A DNA stretch of 64,000 nt from Candidatus Kapaibacterium sp. (GCA_963664875.1 OY761611.1:512001-576000), one strand, 5' to 3'; positions 1 through 10,661 are shown, counted from the first letter of the stretch. The notes: a model not told the origin generated them from the sequence alone. Program-made: numbers and translations.

Positions 1-1017
1 CAAAGCTTCTTCGGTATAGTCAGGAGCAACAATAATTTCAGAAAAAATACCATGTACTGTTTCTGCAAATTCTTTATCAACTATACGATTAACTGCAAAG
101 ATTCCACCAAAAGGCGAAACTGTATCGGTTTCAAAAGCTTTGTGATAAGCTTCTGTAATATTATTACCGATGCCGACTCCACAAGGGTTAGTGTGTTTAA
201 TAAGTGCCACTGCAGGTTCTTCAAATTCGATAATAATCTGTGCTGCAGCACTTAAATCTATAATATTATTGTATGATAACTCTTTTCCGTGCAATTGCTG
301 GAATATATTATAGAAATTTGCACCAAACAATGTAGCCGCTTGATGTGGATTCTCTCCGTATCTTAAATCTTGTGCTTTTTTTAATCCTAAACCATATTGG
401 CAGCTTTGTTTTTCTGAATATGAACGCATATAGTCAGATATTACTGAATCGTAGTATGAAGTCAATGAATAGACTTCAGCAGCTAATTTTGCTCTTAATC
501 CAAGAGAAATAGTATTGTTTTCTGCCATTTCTTTTAAAATAGTTTCGTAGCAATTAGGATTAACAACTGTTGCAGTCCATTTGTAGTTCTTTGCAGCTGC
601 TCTAAGCATTGCAGGTCCACCAATATCAATATTTTCAATCATATCTTCATGAGTAGAATCAGCTTTTGCAAGAGTTTCTTCGAACGGATATAAATTAACA
701 ACCAATAAGTCAATTGAATTTATATTATGTTCTTCCATTTGCTTTATGTGGCTTTCTTTACCTAAATCTGCAAGTAAACCTGCATGGACATTTGGGTGTA
801 AAGTTTTTACACGTCCATCCATTATTTCAGGAAAATTTGTAATTTCACTAACTGATTTCACTGGTATATTATTCTCTTTTAGAAGTTTCGCTGTTCCTCC
901 TGTGGAATAGATAGAAACATTCTTGTTAGATAGTCCTCTGGCAAAATCAATTATTCCTGTTTTGTCAGAAACTGAAATAAGAGCAGTTTTAATTACATGA
1001 GTATCAGGAGTATTCAT
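1..1017 (-). CDS. purH: Bifunctional AICAR transformylase/IMP cyclohydrolase, 5' part (runs off window edge)
   Basis: Manual minus-strand translation from ATG at 1017: MNTPDTHVIKTALISVSDKTGIIDFA...STGGTAK...DGRVKTLHP...NLYPFEE...IDIGGPAMLRAAAKN...LRYGENPHQ; not in the ORF track because it is truncated. Confidence 0.95.
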   Translation of the reverse strand, partial: MNTPDTHVIKTALISVSDKTGIIDFARGLSNKNVSIYSTGGTAKLLKENNIPVKSVSEITNFPEIMDGRVKTLHPNVHAGLLADLGKESHIKQMEEHNINSIDLLVVNLYPFEETLAKADSTHEDMIENIDIGGPAMLRAAAKNYKWTATVVNPNCYETILKEMAENNTISLGLRAKLAAEVYSLTSYYDSVISDYMRSYSEKQSCQYGLGLKKAQDLRYGENPHQAATLFGANFYNIFQQLHGKELSYNNIIDLSAAAQIIIEFEEPAVALIKHTNPCGVGIGNNITEAYHKAFETDTVSPFGGIFAVNRIVDKEFAETVHGIFSEIIVAPDYTEEAL

Positions 1018-1092
1018 AAGTACAAACCTCGGTTTATAGTCTTTACAATTTTTTATCTTTACAAATAAAATAAATATTTTATAGAGATGATA

Positions 1093-2364
1093 TTAAATCT
1101 TATTAAGCAGAGCAATCATCTCACCAGTTAGATAAAACGAGCCAACAATGATTGTATCGTAATTAGAATCTATTTTTGATAAAGCTGATTTTGTGTTTGT
1201 TGTAACAGCAACTGATGTAAAACCTTTTTTTAGTGCAAGCTCTTCAATTTCCTTTACGTTTGCAGCCCTATCAATTTCAGGTTTTGTTATAATTAGATTT
1301 CTACAAACAGGCTTTATAATATCTAATATTTTAGAAATATCTTTGTCTTTCATAATAGCGAAAACGAAGTCATAAGTTTTAGTATTGAGATGTAAATCTA
1401 AAGTTTCTATCAATCTTGCTACCGCTGCTTCATTATGGGAAGAATCTATAATTAGCATAGGTTCTGTGCTTAGTAACTCTATTCTTGTATGCAAATCTGT
1501 ATTAGATTTCAGGTTCTTAATACCATCCATTACATTTTCTAAAGAGATTTCGAGTCCACTATACATCAGTGTAGTAATTGCAAGTTCAAGATTGTCAACT
1601 TGGTGTTCCCCGGGAAGCGGAAGATTGGTATAAGCCAAATTCCCATTAAAGTTGATGCAGACTTCCGTAGTAAGATCTTTATGATATTGATGCTGAATTA
1701 CAGTTTCTTCCTCAGGCGCATAGTAATATCTGACATCTTTCATTCGAGAAGCTATTTTAAATATCTCCTCTCTTACTTCTGTTGTATTTTTAGCTAATAC
1801 TACAGGTACATTGGGTTTAATAATACCTGCCTTTTCATAAGCTATTTTGTCAATAGTATCACCTAGATATTCCTGATGTTCCAAACTGATAGAAGTAATT
1901 GCAGAAACTATTGGTTCGATAATATTAGTAGCATCGTATCTACCTCCCATTCCGGTTTCTATTACAGCTATATCTATCTTTTGTTCTTGAAAATATTTAA
2001 ACGCAATAGCTGTAGTTATCTCGAAGAAAGTAGCTCCGATTTGTGCCGGAAAATGGAGTAATTGCTGAGCAAGTCTAATTAGTTCGGAATCTGGTATTTT
2101 GACACCATCTATTCTTATTCTCTCATTGAAGTCAACTAAATGTGGAGAAGTATATAGTCCTACTCTATATCCTGCTTCCATCAGAACTGAAGCTATTACG
2201 GAGCTTGTAGAACCTTTTCCGTTAGTACCGGCTATATGTATTGTCTTATAACTATTGTGGGGATTACCCAAGAATTCGGAAATTGTAGATATTCGCTCCA
2301 AGCCCGGTTTGATTCCGAATCTATGGAGAGCATATAGTTCGCTTAATATTTCTTGTTTTTGCAT
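1093..2364 (-). CDS. folC: Folylpolyglutamate synthase/dihydrofolate synthase
   Basis: HIAGTNGKGST P-loop, YTSPHL, TFFE, ETGMGGRYDATN, EKAGIIK motifs; ATG at 2364 preferred over the ORF-track start at 2376. Confidence 0.95.
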   Translation of the reverse strand: MQKQEILSELYALHRFGIKPGLERISTISEFLGNPHNSYKTIHIAGTNGKGSTSSVIASVLMEAGYRVGLYTSPHLVDFNERIRIDGVKIPDSELIRLAQQLLHFPAQIGATFFEITTAIAFKYFQEQKIDIAVIETGMGGRYDATNIIEPIVSAITSISLEHQEYLGDTIDKIAYEKAGIIKPNVPVVLAKNTTEVREEIFKIASRMKDVRYYYAPEEETVIQHQYHKDLTTEVCINFNGNLAYTNLPLPGEHQVDNLELAITTLMYSGLEISLENVMDGIKNLKSNTDLHTRIELLSTEPMLIIDSSHNEAAVARLIETLDLHLNTKTYDFVFAIMKDKDISKILDIIKPVCRNLIITKPEIDRAANVKEIEELALKKGFTSVAVTTNTKSALSKIDSNYDTIIVGSFYLTGEMIALLNKI

Positions 2365-2374
2365 ATTTATACTC

Positions 2375-2409
2375 AAAAAAAAATCCTGTCAAAAATAACT
2401 GACAGGATT
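2375..2409 (-). terminator. Intrinsic terminator after nuoK
   Basis: Inverted repeat AATCCTGTCA/TGACAGGATT followed on the minus strand by a T-run. Confidence 0.8.
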
Positions 2410-2430
2410 ATAAATTCAAAAGAGCTTTTT

Positions 2431-2742
2431 TTACCATTTCATAATATTAACTTCGTCAACATATATAGACTGTTTTAATCTAAAGAGACCTAATACTATC
2501 GCAAGGCCAACCGCAGCTTCTGCAGCAGCAACTGCCATCACAAAAAATACAAAAATCTGTCCTGCTTGGTCACCCATAAATGCACTAAATGATACTAAAG
2601 TAAGATTAACAGCATTGAGCATAATCTCAATTGACATAAATATAATAATTGCATTTCTTCTTGTAAGCACTCCTATAGTACCAATTGTGAATAGTATGGC
2701 AGAAAGAGCTAAATAGTAATCTTGAGGTATATTTTCTAACAT
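2431..2742 (-). CDS. nuoK: NADH-quinone oxidoreductase subunit K
   Basis: 103 aa, 3 [21 protein letters not shown] and [11 protein letters not shown] motifs. Confidence 0.97.
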   Translation of the reverse strand: MLENIPQDYYLALSAILFTIGTIGVLTRRNAIIIFMSIEIMLNAVNLTLVSFSAFMGDQAGQIFVFFVMAVAAAEAAVGLAIVLGLFRLKQSIYVDEVNIMKW

Positions 2743-2754
2743 TTTTTTTCTCTC

Positions 2755-3264
2755 CTAATCTATTTTCTTTTTAGCAAGCATAACAGCACCTACAATGGCA
2801 GCTAATAGCAAAAATGAGATAGCTTCAAATGGGATTATATAGTTTGTATATAGTTCTTTTCCTATCGCTTCGGCAGTTCCTATTTTCAGAGAAGCCGTTG
2901 GTAAAACGTTTATAACATCCGGGTTGACCAAAAATGCACTAACTAACTGGAATACAAGTACTACTCCAAAAAGCGAAGCAAACACAAATCGTAGATTAAA
3001 TTTAAGTTTAAGCTTTTCTTCGTCGCCGAGGTTGAGAAGCATTATAACGAATACGACTAACACCATAATGGCACCGGCATAAACAAGAATTTGAACAATA
3101 GAGACAAATTCTGCATTAAGTGTCAAATATAATCCTGCAAGAGAAAAGAAATGGACTATAAGTGACATAGCAGATTTTACAGGATGTTTGCTTGCGATTG
3201 TAACTACAGCACTTGCAATAGCAAAGATTGCTAAAAACGCAAAAAATAGGCTTTGTAATTCCAC
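2755..3264 (-). CDS. nuoJ: NADH-quinone oxidoreductase subunit J
   Basis: QILVYAGAIMVLVVFVIMLL and PFEAISFLLLAAIVGAV motifs; GTG start. Confidence 0.96.
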   Translation of the reverse strand: MELQSLFFAFLAIFAIASAVVTIASKHPVKSAMSLIVHFFSLAGLYLTLNAEFVSIVQILVYAGAIMVLVVFVIMLLNLGDEEKLKLKFNLRFVFASLFGVVLVFQLVSAFLVNPDVINVLPTASLKIGTAEAIGKELYTNYIIPFEAISFLLLAAIVGAVMLAKKKID

Positions 3265-3326
3265 TTTAAATACTCATTTAGTTAAGCAAAATTTCTTATG
3301 ATAGACTATAACGAAAAACACAAGCT

Positions 3327-5603
3327 TTAATTTTTAGAATTTTTTACCGATTCGACACCTCTAATCTCATAGATTCTTTCTATTAGATGGGTTATTTGGT
3401 TAATATCATTGAAGTTAATTGATATAATCCCCTCAAATACGGCATCGTTTGTGTCAAAACTTATTTTATTGATATTGATGTCTCCAAATTCAAGTATAGT
3501 ATTGGTAATTTCGTTCAGAATACTAGCTCTGTCTTCACCCTTTATGTGGAGTACAGAATCTTTAGTATCCTTAGACAAAATAAGATTCCAATCAATTTCT
3601 ACATTGCTCAGGCGTTCGTTTGATGGAATGTCTGTTATTTCAGGGCAATTCCTTTTATGAATCTTGAGGCTTCCGTCAGCTTGTCTGATAGCGACTATCT
3701 TGTCCTCTTTTTTTGGATTGCAACAAGATGCCAAAGAAGTAGTATCTGAGAGTATCTCTGTATTCTCTGAGTACTTATCCGAAATATCTTTCCTAATTAG
3801 CTCAGGGGCAGATCTAAACCCATCTTTTACTTTAAATTTTAAAATTTGGATGGCTTTATCAATTGAAAGCTCTCCATTGCCAATTGAATGATAAAAATCA
3901 TCAATTGTTGCAAGGTTGAACGAACGAATCAGATTCCTCTTCTCATTTTCTTCTAGTCTTATACTCTCTCTTTTAATAGCAGCTTCAAACAACATTTTAC
4001 CGTTGTCTATATTTTGCAACCTACAATCTTTGATATACTTATGTATAATCTGTTTTGCTTTATTGGTAGTTGTATATTTTAACCAATCAGGATTTGGAGC
4101 TTGTTTTTTAGATGTTAGAATTTCAATTCTGTCTCCATTCTGAAGAGTGTAATCCAAAGGTACAATTTTGCCATTTACTTTTGCACCTATGCACGAAAAA
4201 CCAATTTCACTATGAATATCGAAAGCAAAATCGAGAGGAGTAGAGTATTTAGGAAGCGATCTAAACTCATTAGTTGGAGTAAATACAAGAATTTCATCAG
4301 TAAATATGCCTTTAGGAAGGTGCTCAAGTACTTCTTTGCTGTTGTGTTCGCCAATATTCTCAAATATTTCTCTTACCGCATTTACCCATGATTTGATATC
4401 ATCGTCATCCATAACAGACTGAGCAGTTTTTATCCCACTCTTATACACAAAGTGTGCTGCTACGCCGTTTTCCGCGTAGTCATGCATCTGTCTGGTTCTT
4501 ATTTGTACCTCAACTGCCTTCCCCCCGGGACCGATTAGGCCCGTATGGATAGATTGATAACCATTTTTTTTCGGTGAAGATATGTAGTCTTTAAAAGTTT
4601 CCGGAACCGGTGGATATATTGCTGCAATAAGTCCGTAAACATAAAAACACATATACGGATCGTCAGTATCTACAATTATGCGAGCTGCAAACAAGTCATA
4701 TAATTCGTCCATATTTTTTTGACGAGCTTTCATTTTATTGAAAATTGAGTAAATATGCTTAGCTCGACCTTTAATCTCACTCTCAATCTTTAAGCGTTTA
4801 AGGAATTTATCAGACTTGAGCTTTGCTATTATAGGTGCCTTCAAATTTTCAATATATTGTTCTCTTTCTTGCCTGGTACTCGACAATTTGTTTTTAATAG
4901 CATTATACTCTTCATGATTCAGTATTTTGAAAGATAAATCCTCTAATTCCCATTTTAAAGAACGAATACCAAAACGATTGGCAAAAGGAGAATAAATTTC
5001 CATTGTTTCTTTGGCAATTCGGTGTTGCATCTCCGGAGACAGATATTCCAAAGTTCTCATGTTATGCAGTCTATCAGCCAACTTGATCAAAATAATACGT
5101 ACATCTTTGAATAATGAAAGTATAAGTTTGCGATATTTTTCTAAATGGTTAAGTCTGTCTATAGTATATTTTTCTATGTACTTTATTTTGTTTATCCCAT
5201 CTACAATGTTGGCAACATCTTTTCCAAATTCTTGCTTTAAAATGTCAAAGCTGTATTTGTCGGTTTCATTCAGCACATCATGCAACAATGCAGAAATTAC
5301 AGACGTAAAATCGAGAGGTATTTCAGTAATTACAATTTTTGCAACAGTCAGAGGATGTTTGTAGTACTCTTCCCCGGATTTTCTATACTTGTTTTTATGT
5401 ACATCAATACATGTATAAAATGCTTTCCGTAGAAGTTTAGGGTCGAAGTCTGTGAAGGTGGATTTACAAAGCTCAGAAAGTTCCCTGAACTCTCTATCTG
5501 TTTCTGACTCTTCCTTCTTGGTAAACAGAGATATATATTTATCTTTTAGATAATTAGCATTTTTTTCGATATTAGAAACAGTAGCTTGTTTATCTTCTGT
5601 CAT
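3327..5603 (-). CDS. Long RelA/SpoT homologue (HD-SYNTH-TGS-ZFD-ACT)
   Basis: RKSGEEY..HP, LLHD, KLADRLHNMRTL, KNGYQSIHT, EVQIRT, TPLDFAF.IH, CCNP motifs; start uncertain (5603 or 5615). Confidence 0.93.
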   Translation of the reverse strand: MTEDKQATVSNIEKNANYLKDKYISLFTKKEESETDREFRELSELCKSTFTDFDPKLLRKAFYTCIDVHKNKYRKSGEEYYKHPLTVAKIVITEIPLDFTSVISALLHDVLNETDKYSFDILKQEFGKDVANIVDGINKIKYIEKYTIDRLNHLEKYRKLILSLFKDVRIILIKLADRLHNMRTLEYLSPEMQHRIAKETMEIYSPFANRFGIRSLKWELEDLSFKILNHEEYNAIKNKLSSTRQEREQYIENLKAPIIAKLKSDKFLKRLKIESEIKGRAKHIYSIFNKMKARQKNMDELYDLFAARIIVDTDDPYMCFYVYGLIAAIYPPVPETFKDYISSPKKNGYQSIHTGLIGPGGKAVEVQIRTRQMHDYAENGVAAHFVYKSGIKTAQSVMDDDDIKSWVNAVREIFENIGEHNSKEVLEHLPKGIFTDEILVFTPTNEFRSLPKYSTPLDFAFDIHSEIGFSCIGAKVNGKIVPLDYTLQNGDRIEILTSKKQAPNPDWLKYTTTNKAKQIIHKYIKDCRLQNIDNGKMLFEAAIKRESIRLEENEKRNLIRSFNLATIDDFYHSIGNGELSIDKAIQILKFKVKDGFRSAPELIRKDISDKYSENTEILSDTTSLASCCNPKKEDKIVAIRQADGSLKIHKRNCPEITDIPSNERLSNVEIDWNLILSKDTKDSVLHIKGEDRASILNEITNTILEFGDININKISFDTNDAVFEGIISINFNDINQITHLIERIYEIRGVESVKNSKN

Positions 5604-5816
5604 ATTTATTCTCAACTTAATTACTGTCTTTGACGATTATACTTGATATCATACCCAAAATACGAAGTTTTCAGCTTTATCAAAAAAAGATAAAACAATA
5701 TTTGGCAGGAAACACCCTCTAAATTATAAGAAGATTTTATTTATAAATATTTTGTAGTTTTGGGAATAGAATTTCTACTTTAATAAATATAATCGATCCC
5801 TTAACTCGATAATAAT

Positions 5817-6080
5817 ATGCAAAATTTTAAATTAGGGCCAAAAACATTCTTCGAAGAATTGGCAATAGACAACCATCTTCGGGAATATATAGACACAAAT
5901 ACTACAATACTAAAAAAGTATAACGAAGATAAATTGTTCAGAGACGAGATGTTGCATCTTCTCTATATACATTCTGATAGTTTCCAAAAAGATGTTGAGT
6001 ATGCAATCCTTGAAGATTTAAATAATACCTTATCCTATTTTTTAGACAAGATTGAAACATGGAACACAAACAATCAATAA
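5817..6080 (+). CDS. Small hypothetical protein (87 aa)
   Basis: ATG-started ORF with natural composition, overlapping the next gene by 22 nt. Confidence 0.65.
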   Translation: MQNFKLGPKTFFEELAIDNHLREYIDTNTTILKKYNEDKLFRDEMLHLLYIHSDSFQKDVEYAILEDLNNTLSYFLDKIETWNTNNQ

Positions 6081-7060
6081 GTCCTGAATTGAATGAACTC
6101 CTAAAAAAAGTAAAATTTCAGGCTGATCAATACAACAAAGCTTTCGAAATATTGAACCGCAGAATTGCTGAGTTTGATTCAACGAGAATCGAAATAAATT
6201 CTCATGCAGCTCATTTTAAAAACGAGTTGTCTCAAATTTTGGAAAAGTTAAACACTTCATACTCACAAAAAGAAAATGCTCTTGAAAAAAGCATAACTGC
6301 AGCAAATAATCTGACCGGAGAGCTTCAGTCGCTAAAAACTTTGCAAGACAATGTTAAAACCGGAATTTTAACTCTTTCCGATACTTTAGAAAATCATTCT
6401 AATGAGCTGAATCAACTCAAATTATACTCACAAGAGTTTGTCAAAGAAGCTTACATCAAACTTGACGATACACTTGAGTACCTTAAACAAAAAATTAGTT
6501 CTACTCTTGAGAAAGAATCCCAAGCGATAGAAGAGAGAGTAAATAATAGAATCCAATACTTAGAAGAGAATTTAAAAAAGGGCGATAAAATATTAAATTC
6601 GAGGCACGAAAAGTTACAGAACGAAATTAAGCTCTTAAAAAAGGAAATACTCGCAATAAAAGAAGTATCCGGATTAGGCAATAGTAATTCTCTAATGAAT
6701 GACAAAATAAATTTCAGATTCGAAAATATCGAAGATAGCCTGAAAGAATTGAAAGCACTTTCTGATGCGATTATGCAAAACATTGCTATTCTTAATTCTG
6801 CTGAATCAGAGGAGATTTTAGCTGATGGCTCTGATAAAATGAGTTCTGATAGCACAGAAATATTTACCGGTGCTAAAATCCATGACGTAGAAGTAGAAGA
6901 ATTGCAAACTACGATGAAAAAGTATGCTTCTACAATTCAAGAATTTCAATATCTCAAACAAAAATCTCTAAGTGCTGAAAAAAGATCAGGAATTAGTATG
7001 ATTCTTTCCGTATTTGCAATTTTGAGCATATTAATGATACTATTCCTCTTCCTCATCTGA
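6059..7060 (+). CDS. Coiled-coil protein with a single C-terminal transmembrane anchor
   Basis: E/K/L/Q/N-rich heptad-like sequence ending in a hydrophobic tail GISMILSVFAILSILMILFLFLI. Confidence 0.75.
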   Translation: MEHKQSISPELNELLKKVKFQADQYNKAFEILNRRIAEFDSTRIEINSHAAHFKNELSQILEKLNTSYSQKENALEKSITAANNLTGELQSLKTLQDNVKTGILTLSDTLENHSNELNQLKLYSQEFVKEAYIKLDDTLEYLKQKISSTLEKESQAIEERVNNRIQYLEENLKKGDKILNSRHEKLQNEIKLLKKEILAIKEVSGLGNSNSLMNDKINFRFENIEDSLKELKALSDAIMQNIAILNSAESEEILADGSDKMSSDSTEIFTGAKIHDVEVEELQTTMKKYASTIQEFQYLKQKSLSAEKRSGISMILSVFAILSILMILFLFLI

Positions 7061-7819
7061 TATTTCCAGAAGACCATAGTTGTTTTCAATTTGACTTTGA
7101 AGAGTTTCGTCTATCTCAAAAGTAATTATCTCTTTATCAGAATTATCGTATTCCATTAGAGCAAGTTCTTCGAGTTCTCTCAGTTTAGGTAGCTCTGATA
7201 AATTTTTTAGTCCAAATTGGCGTAGAAATTCATCAGTTGTGCCATATAATAGAGGTTTTCCAAGTGCATCACTTCTTCCAACCATTTTTACGAAATCTTT
7301 TTCTATTAAGGAGTTTACCACTTCGTTCGAGTTCACACCTCTGATTTGCTCAATTTCCGGTTTAGAAACAGGCTGCCGATAGGCTACAATAGCTAATGTT
7401 TCTAATGCTGCTTTAGAGAGCCTTTTTTTTGTCTTCAATTTTAACAGGTTTTGTACTATTTCGCCATACTCTTTTCTTGTTGCAAATTGGTATCCATTTG
7501 CAAAATTTACAATTTCATAAGGTCTTCCTGTTTCAGATAGCTCCTGATTGATTTCGCTGATTAGTTTTTCGATATCCTCCTTAGAGAAGTTGAATTTTTC
7601 TAAAACTTCTTTTTCAATCGAAGTCTGACTTGCTTTTTTAATATCGATGGTTCCATCATTATCGTCCAAAATTATATTGTCATAACCGACCATGATGTTA
7701 AATATTTGTTTCAAAGTCAGCGTTTCATCAGAAGCAAAAATCAAAGCTTCAAGAGATGCTTTTTGCTGGGCTTTATCAAGAGTAAGAAACAAAGGCACAT
7801 TGTCTAAGCTATTCATCAT
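7040..7819 (-). CDS. scpB: SMC-Scp complex subunit ScpB
   Basis: LEALIFAS, LSKAALETLAIVAYRQPV, IRGV, GKPLLYGTT.EFL..FGL..L.ELP motifs. Confidence 0.95.
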   Translation of the reverse strand: MMNSLDNVPLFLTLDKAQQKASLEALIFASDETLTLKQIFNIMVGYDNIILDDNDGTIDIKKASQTSIEKEVLEKFNFSKEDIEKLISEINQELSETGRPYEIVNFANGYQFATRKEYGEIVQNLLKLKTKKRLSKAALETLAIVAYRQPVSKPEIEQIRGVNSNEVVNSLIEKDFVKMVGRSDALGKPLLYGTTDEFLRQFGLKNLSELPKLRELEELALMEYDNSDKEIITFEIDETLQSQIENNYGLLEISDEEEE

Positions 7820-8543
7820 CTATTCCTATTTCTTTTGGTTCTGAAATGATAATATCTTCGAATGAGGATTCTTGAAATATATAAATTTGGTTTGCCTTAA
7901 CTAATTCAAGTATTGCAAGAAAAGAAGCAACCACATGCTCATTATTCAAATCTGTAGTTATCTCAAAAAAAGATAATCTTTTTGACTTCAGAAGTTTTTG
8001 TAACAGCACTTCTTTTTTTTCATCGACTGTAACAGGTATTATTTCTACAATATGCTCTAAATCAACATCTTTAAGTCTGCCTACTACATTTTGGAATGCC
8101 TTAATCAAATCAAACAGAGAAGCATTTTTATATCCTGCTTCTTTTGCAGCATGATAATATTCGGCACTAAATTGCTGTTTATAGAATGTATAGCGTTGAG
8201 CTTCGTACATCTCATCTATTTCAGTTCCTGCTTCTTTAAACTGTTTATATTCGAGAAGTCTCTGTACTAATTGAGTTCTTGGATCTTCTGTGCTGTCATC
8301 TCCGTTATCAGAAGACTCTCTTGGCAATAATAACTGTGTTTTGATATACATCAGGTTAGCAGCCATAACCAAAAATTCGCCTGCAAGTTCTAAATCAAAT
8401 ATTTTCATGATATTGATATAATTGAGAAACTCTCTGGCTATCTTTGCTATAGGGATATCGTATATATTGATTTCGTCTCTCTTTATAAAAAACAAGAGTA
8501 AATCAAAAGGACCTTCAAAATTGGGAAGCTTTATTTTATACAT
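7809..8543 (-). CDS. scpA: Segregation and condensation protein A (kleisin)
   Basis: FEGPFDLLL, IYDIPIA, EFLVMAA.L..IK..LLP, FLAILEL motifs. Confidence 0.95.
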   Translation of the reverse strand: MYKIKLPNFEGPFDLLLFFIKRDEINIYDIPIAKIAREFLNYINIMKIFDLELAGEFLVMAANLMYIKTQLLLPRESSDNGDDSTEDPRTQLVQRLLEYKQFKEAGTEIDEMYEAQRYTFYKQQFSAEYYHAAKEAGYKNASLFDLIKAFQNVVGRLKDVDLEHIVEIIPVTVDEKKEVLLQKLLKSKRLSFFEITTDLNNEHVVASFLAILELVKANQIYIFQESSFEDIIISEPKEIGIDDE

Positions 8544-8588
8544 TTACTTTGTCGAAAATCATAAAAAACAAAAATACCAAAATCGCTT

Positions 8589-10661
8589 TTAAATAAGAAT
8601 ATTTGTTTTGGGAAATAAGACTCTGACAGTTGTACCACTACCTAAATTACTTGCTATTTCTATTGTGGCTTGATGCAAATCTGTAAACTCTTTGACAATC
8701 GTAAGACCCAATCCACTTCCCTTTTCATTTGCTGTTCCTACACGTGAGTATTTTTGGTCTATTTTAAATAGCTTTTCTATACTCTCTTTACTCATTCCAA
8801 TTCCTGTGTCAGCAACAGAAAGAATTACACATTCTTCGGCATTTTCCAGAGAAATGGATACCTTACCTCCGGGACTGGTAAACTTCAGAGAATTTGAAAG
8901 TAGGTTTCTGATGACAAATTCTATCATATCCTTATCTGCTTCTAATAGAATGTTGTCTGTTACATCTATTTTGAGTTCGATATTTTTTGTTTCCATATTC
9001 AATTCAAACGTTTCTGCGACAGAAACAAGTGTCTGAGATAAATTTATTTTTGTTTTGTTAAACTGCATCGAACCTGTTTGTGTTCTAGACCACATCAGTA
9101 AATTGTCAAATAGATACATCAAGCTATTTATAGATTGTTTAAATTTCTCGAATTTTTCGGGTATTTTGTGATACTCCCCTTTCTGGAAATAACTTTCTAT
9201 TATTGATAGCAACAAAGTCAGATTTGTAACCGGGTTTCTCATATCGTGTGATATGATAGAAAAGAATTTATCCTTCACAGAATTTAAGTTTGATAATTCC
9301 TGGTTTTGGTTCAATATCAAATCGTTTTGATGTTCGAGTTCAATATTTGCCTGTTCAATGACAACATTTTTTTCTTCTATAAGTTTTAGATTTCTATTTT
9401 TTGTTCTATAAAGCCAAAATATAAGAATAATTATTAGGGTCAATACTATAATAACTAAACTTAGTATATATAAATCGGCTTCCTTTTGAGTCATCTCCAA
9501 TTCTTGTATCTTTAACTGATTATCTTTTTTTTCGGTTTCATATTTTATTGTTAATTCGTTTATTTGCTTTATAGATTCTTGTGTAAGCACCGAATCTTTG
9601 AAATCGAAACTTAACTTGAGATAGTCATAAGCTTTTTTGTGTTCACCGATTTCTTTATAAAACTCTGATTTATCGCTATAAATGTAGCTGAGATGTTGAT
9701 AATCTTGAATTTTGATTGCCATATTTTCTGCGATTTCAAAATAATGAAGAGCTGAATCATTTTTGTTGGCAGCAAAAAACGAAACAGCCAGACTATGATA
9801 TATTTCCATAAGACCATCATTGTTATCTGTTTCTTTGAAAAGATTTAAAGCTTTTATGTAATAATAATTTGCATTTTCATAGCTCTTTAGATTTTGATAA
9901 GTAGCTGCAATATTTTGATAAATATTTGCAAGCAAAGAAGAATTGCCCAAATATTTTGTGCAGTCTAAAGCAGCTTTATAGTTTTCTAATGCTTTTTGGT
10001 ATTCGCCTAGATAATGATATATATTTCCTATATTGGTGTTAGCAGCTGCCTCGGAGTACTTATCTCCTGTTTTCCTTTGAATGTTGAGTGCTTTTTCGAA
10101 AAACTGTATTGATTTTTCTAACTCCCCTAGTCGCAAGTAAACATTACCAATATTGTTTAATGTTGCTCCATGATTCTCATGAATTTTAGTTTGATTTGAA
10201 TTATCATGAAGAAGAATTTTCTCAAAAAGATTGTCTGAAATAATGTAACTCTTTAAAGCTTCTTGGAATTTTGATTGTCGGTAGTAAACATCTCCGATAT
10301 TTCTGTTTAATGCAGCCACTTCGAGCGTGTCATTTTTTTGGGTAAAAAATTGCAATATTTCGTTGTATGTCTTTAAGGCTTTATCATATTCTCTATTTAG
10401 AGAGTATATCATACCATAATTTCTTTTTGCCTTATAGAGTTTAAATGTATCTTTTTCATCGGTGGCAATATCTATAGCATTTTGTGCATATATTTTACTT
10501 TGTTCTGAATCAATTTCCCAGAGCAATGAGGATAATTTGCAATAAACTGAGTATTTGTCGCTCGCATCATCATCCAATAAGGATCTAAGACTATCTAACT
10601 GATCCGCTTGAAGTTGTTGTGATAGAAATAATAGTATTAAAAAGTAAAATATGTGTCTCAT
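8589..10661 (-). CDS. TPR-containing membrane sensor histidine kinase
   Basis: Signal peptide, periplasmic TPRs (NNIGNVY), TM, H-box SIISHDMRNP, N-box RNLLSNSLKF, G1 DTGIG, G2 GSGLGL. Confidence 0.92.
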   Translation of the reverse strand: MRHIFYFLILLFLSQQLQADQLDSLRSLLDDDASDKYSVYCKLSSLLWEIDSEQSKIYAQNAIDIATDEKDTFKLYKAKRNYGMIYSLNREYDKALKTYNEILQFFTQKNDTLEVAALNRNIGDVYYRQSKFQEALKSYIISDNLFEKILLHDNSNQTKIHENHGATLNNIGNVYLRLGELEKSIQFFEKALNIQRKTGDKYSEAAANTNIGNIYHYLGEYQKALENYKAALDCTKYLGNSSLLANIYQNIAATYQNLKSYENANYYYIKALNLFKETDNNDGLMEIYHSLAVSFFAANKNDSALHYFEIAENMAIKIQDYQHLSYIYSDKSEFYKEIGEHKKAYDYLKLSFDFKDSVLTQESIKQINELTIKYETEKKDNQLKIQELEMTQKEADLYILSLVIIVLTLIIILIFWLYRTKNRNLKLIEEKNVVIEQANIELEHQNDLILNQNQELSNLNSVKDKFFSIISHDMRNPVTNLTLLLSIIESYFQKGEYHKIPEKFEKFKQSINSLMYLFDNLLMWSRTQTGSMQFNKTKINLSQTLVSVAETFELNMETKNIELKIDVTDNILLEADKDMIEFVIRNLLSNSLKFTSPGGKVSISLENAEECVILSVADTGIGMSKESIEKLFKIDQKYSRVGTANEKGSGLGLTIVKEFTDLHQATIEIASNLGSGTTVRVLFPKTNILI

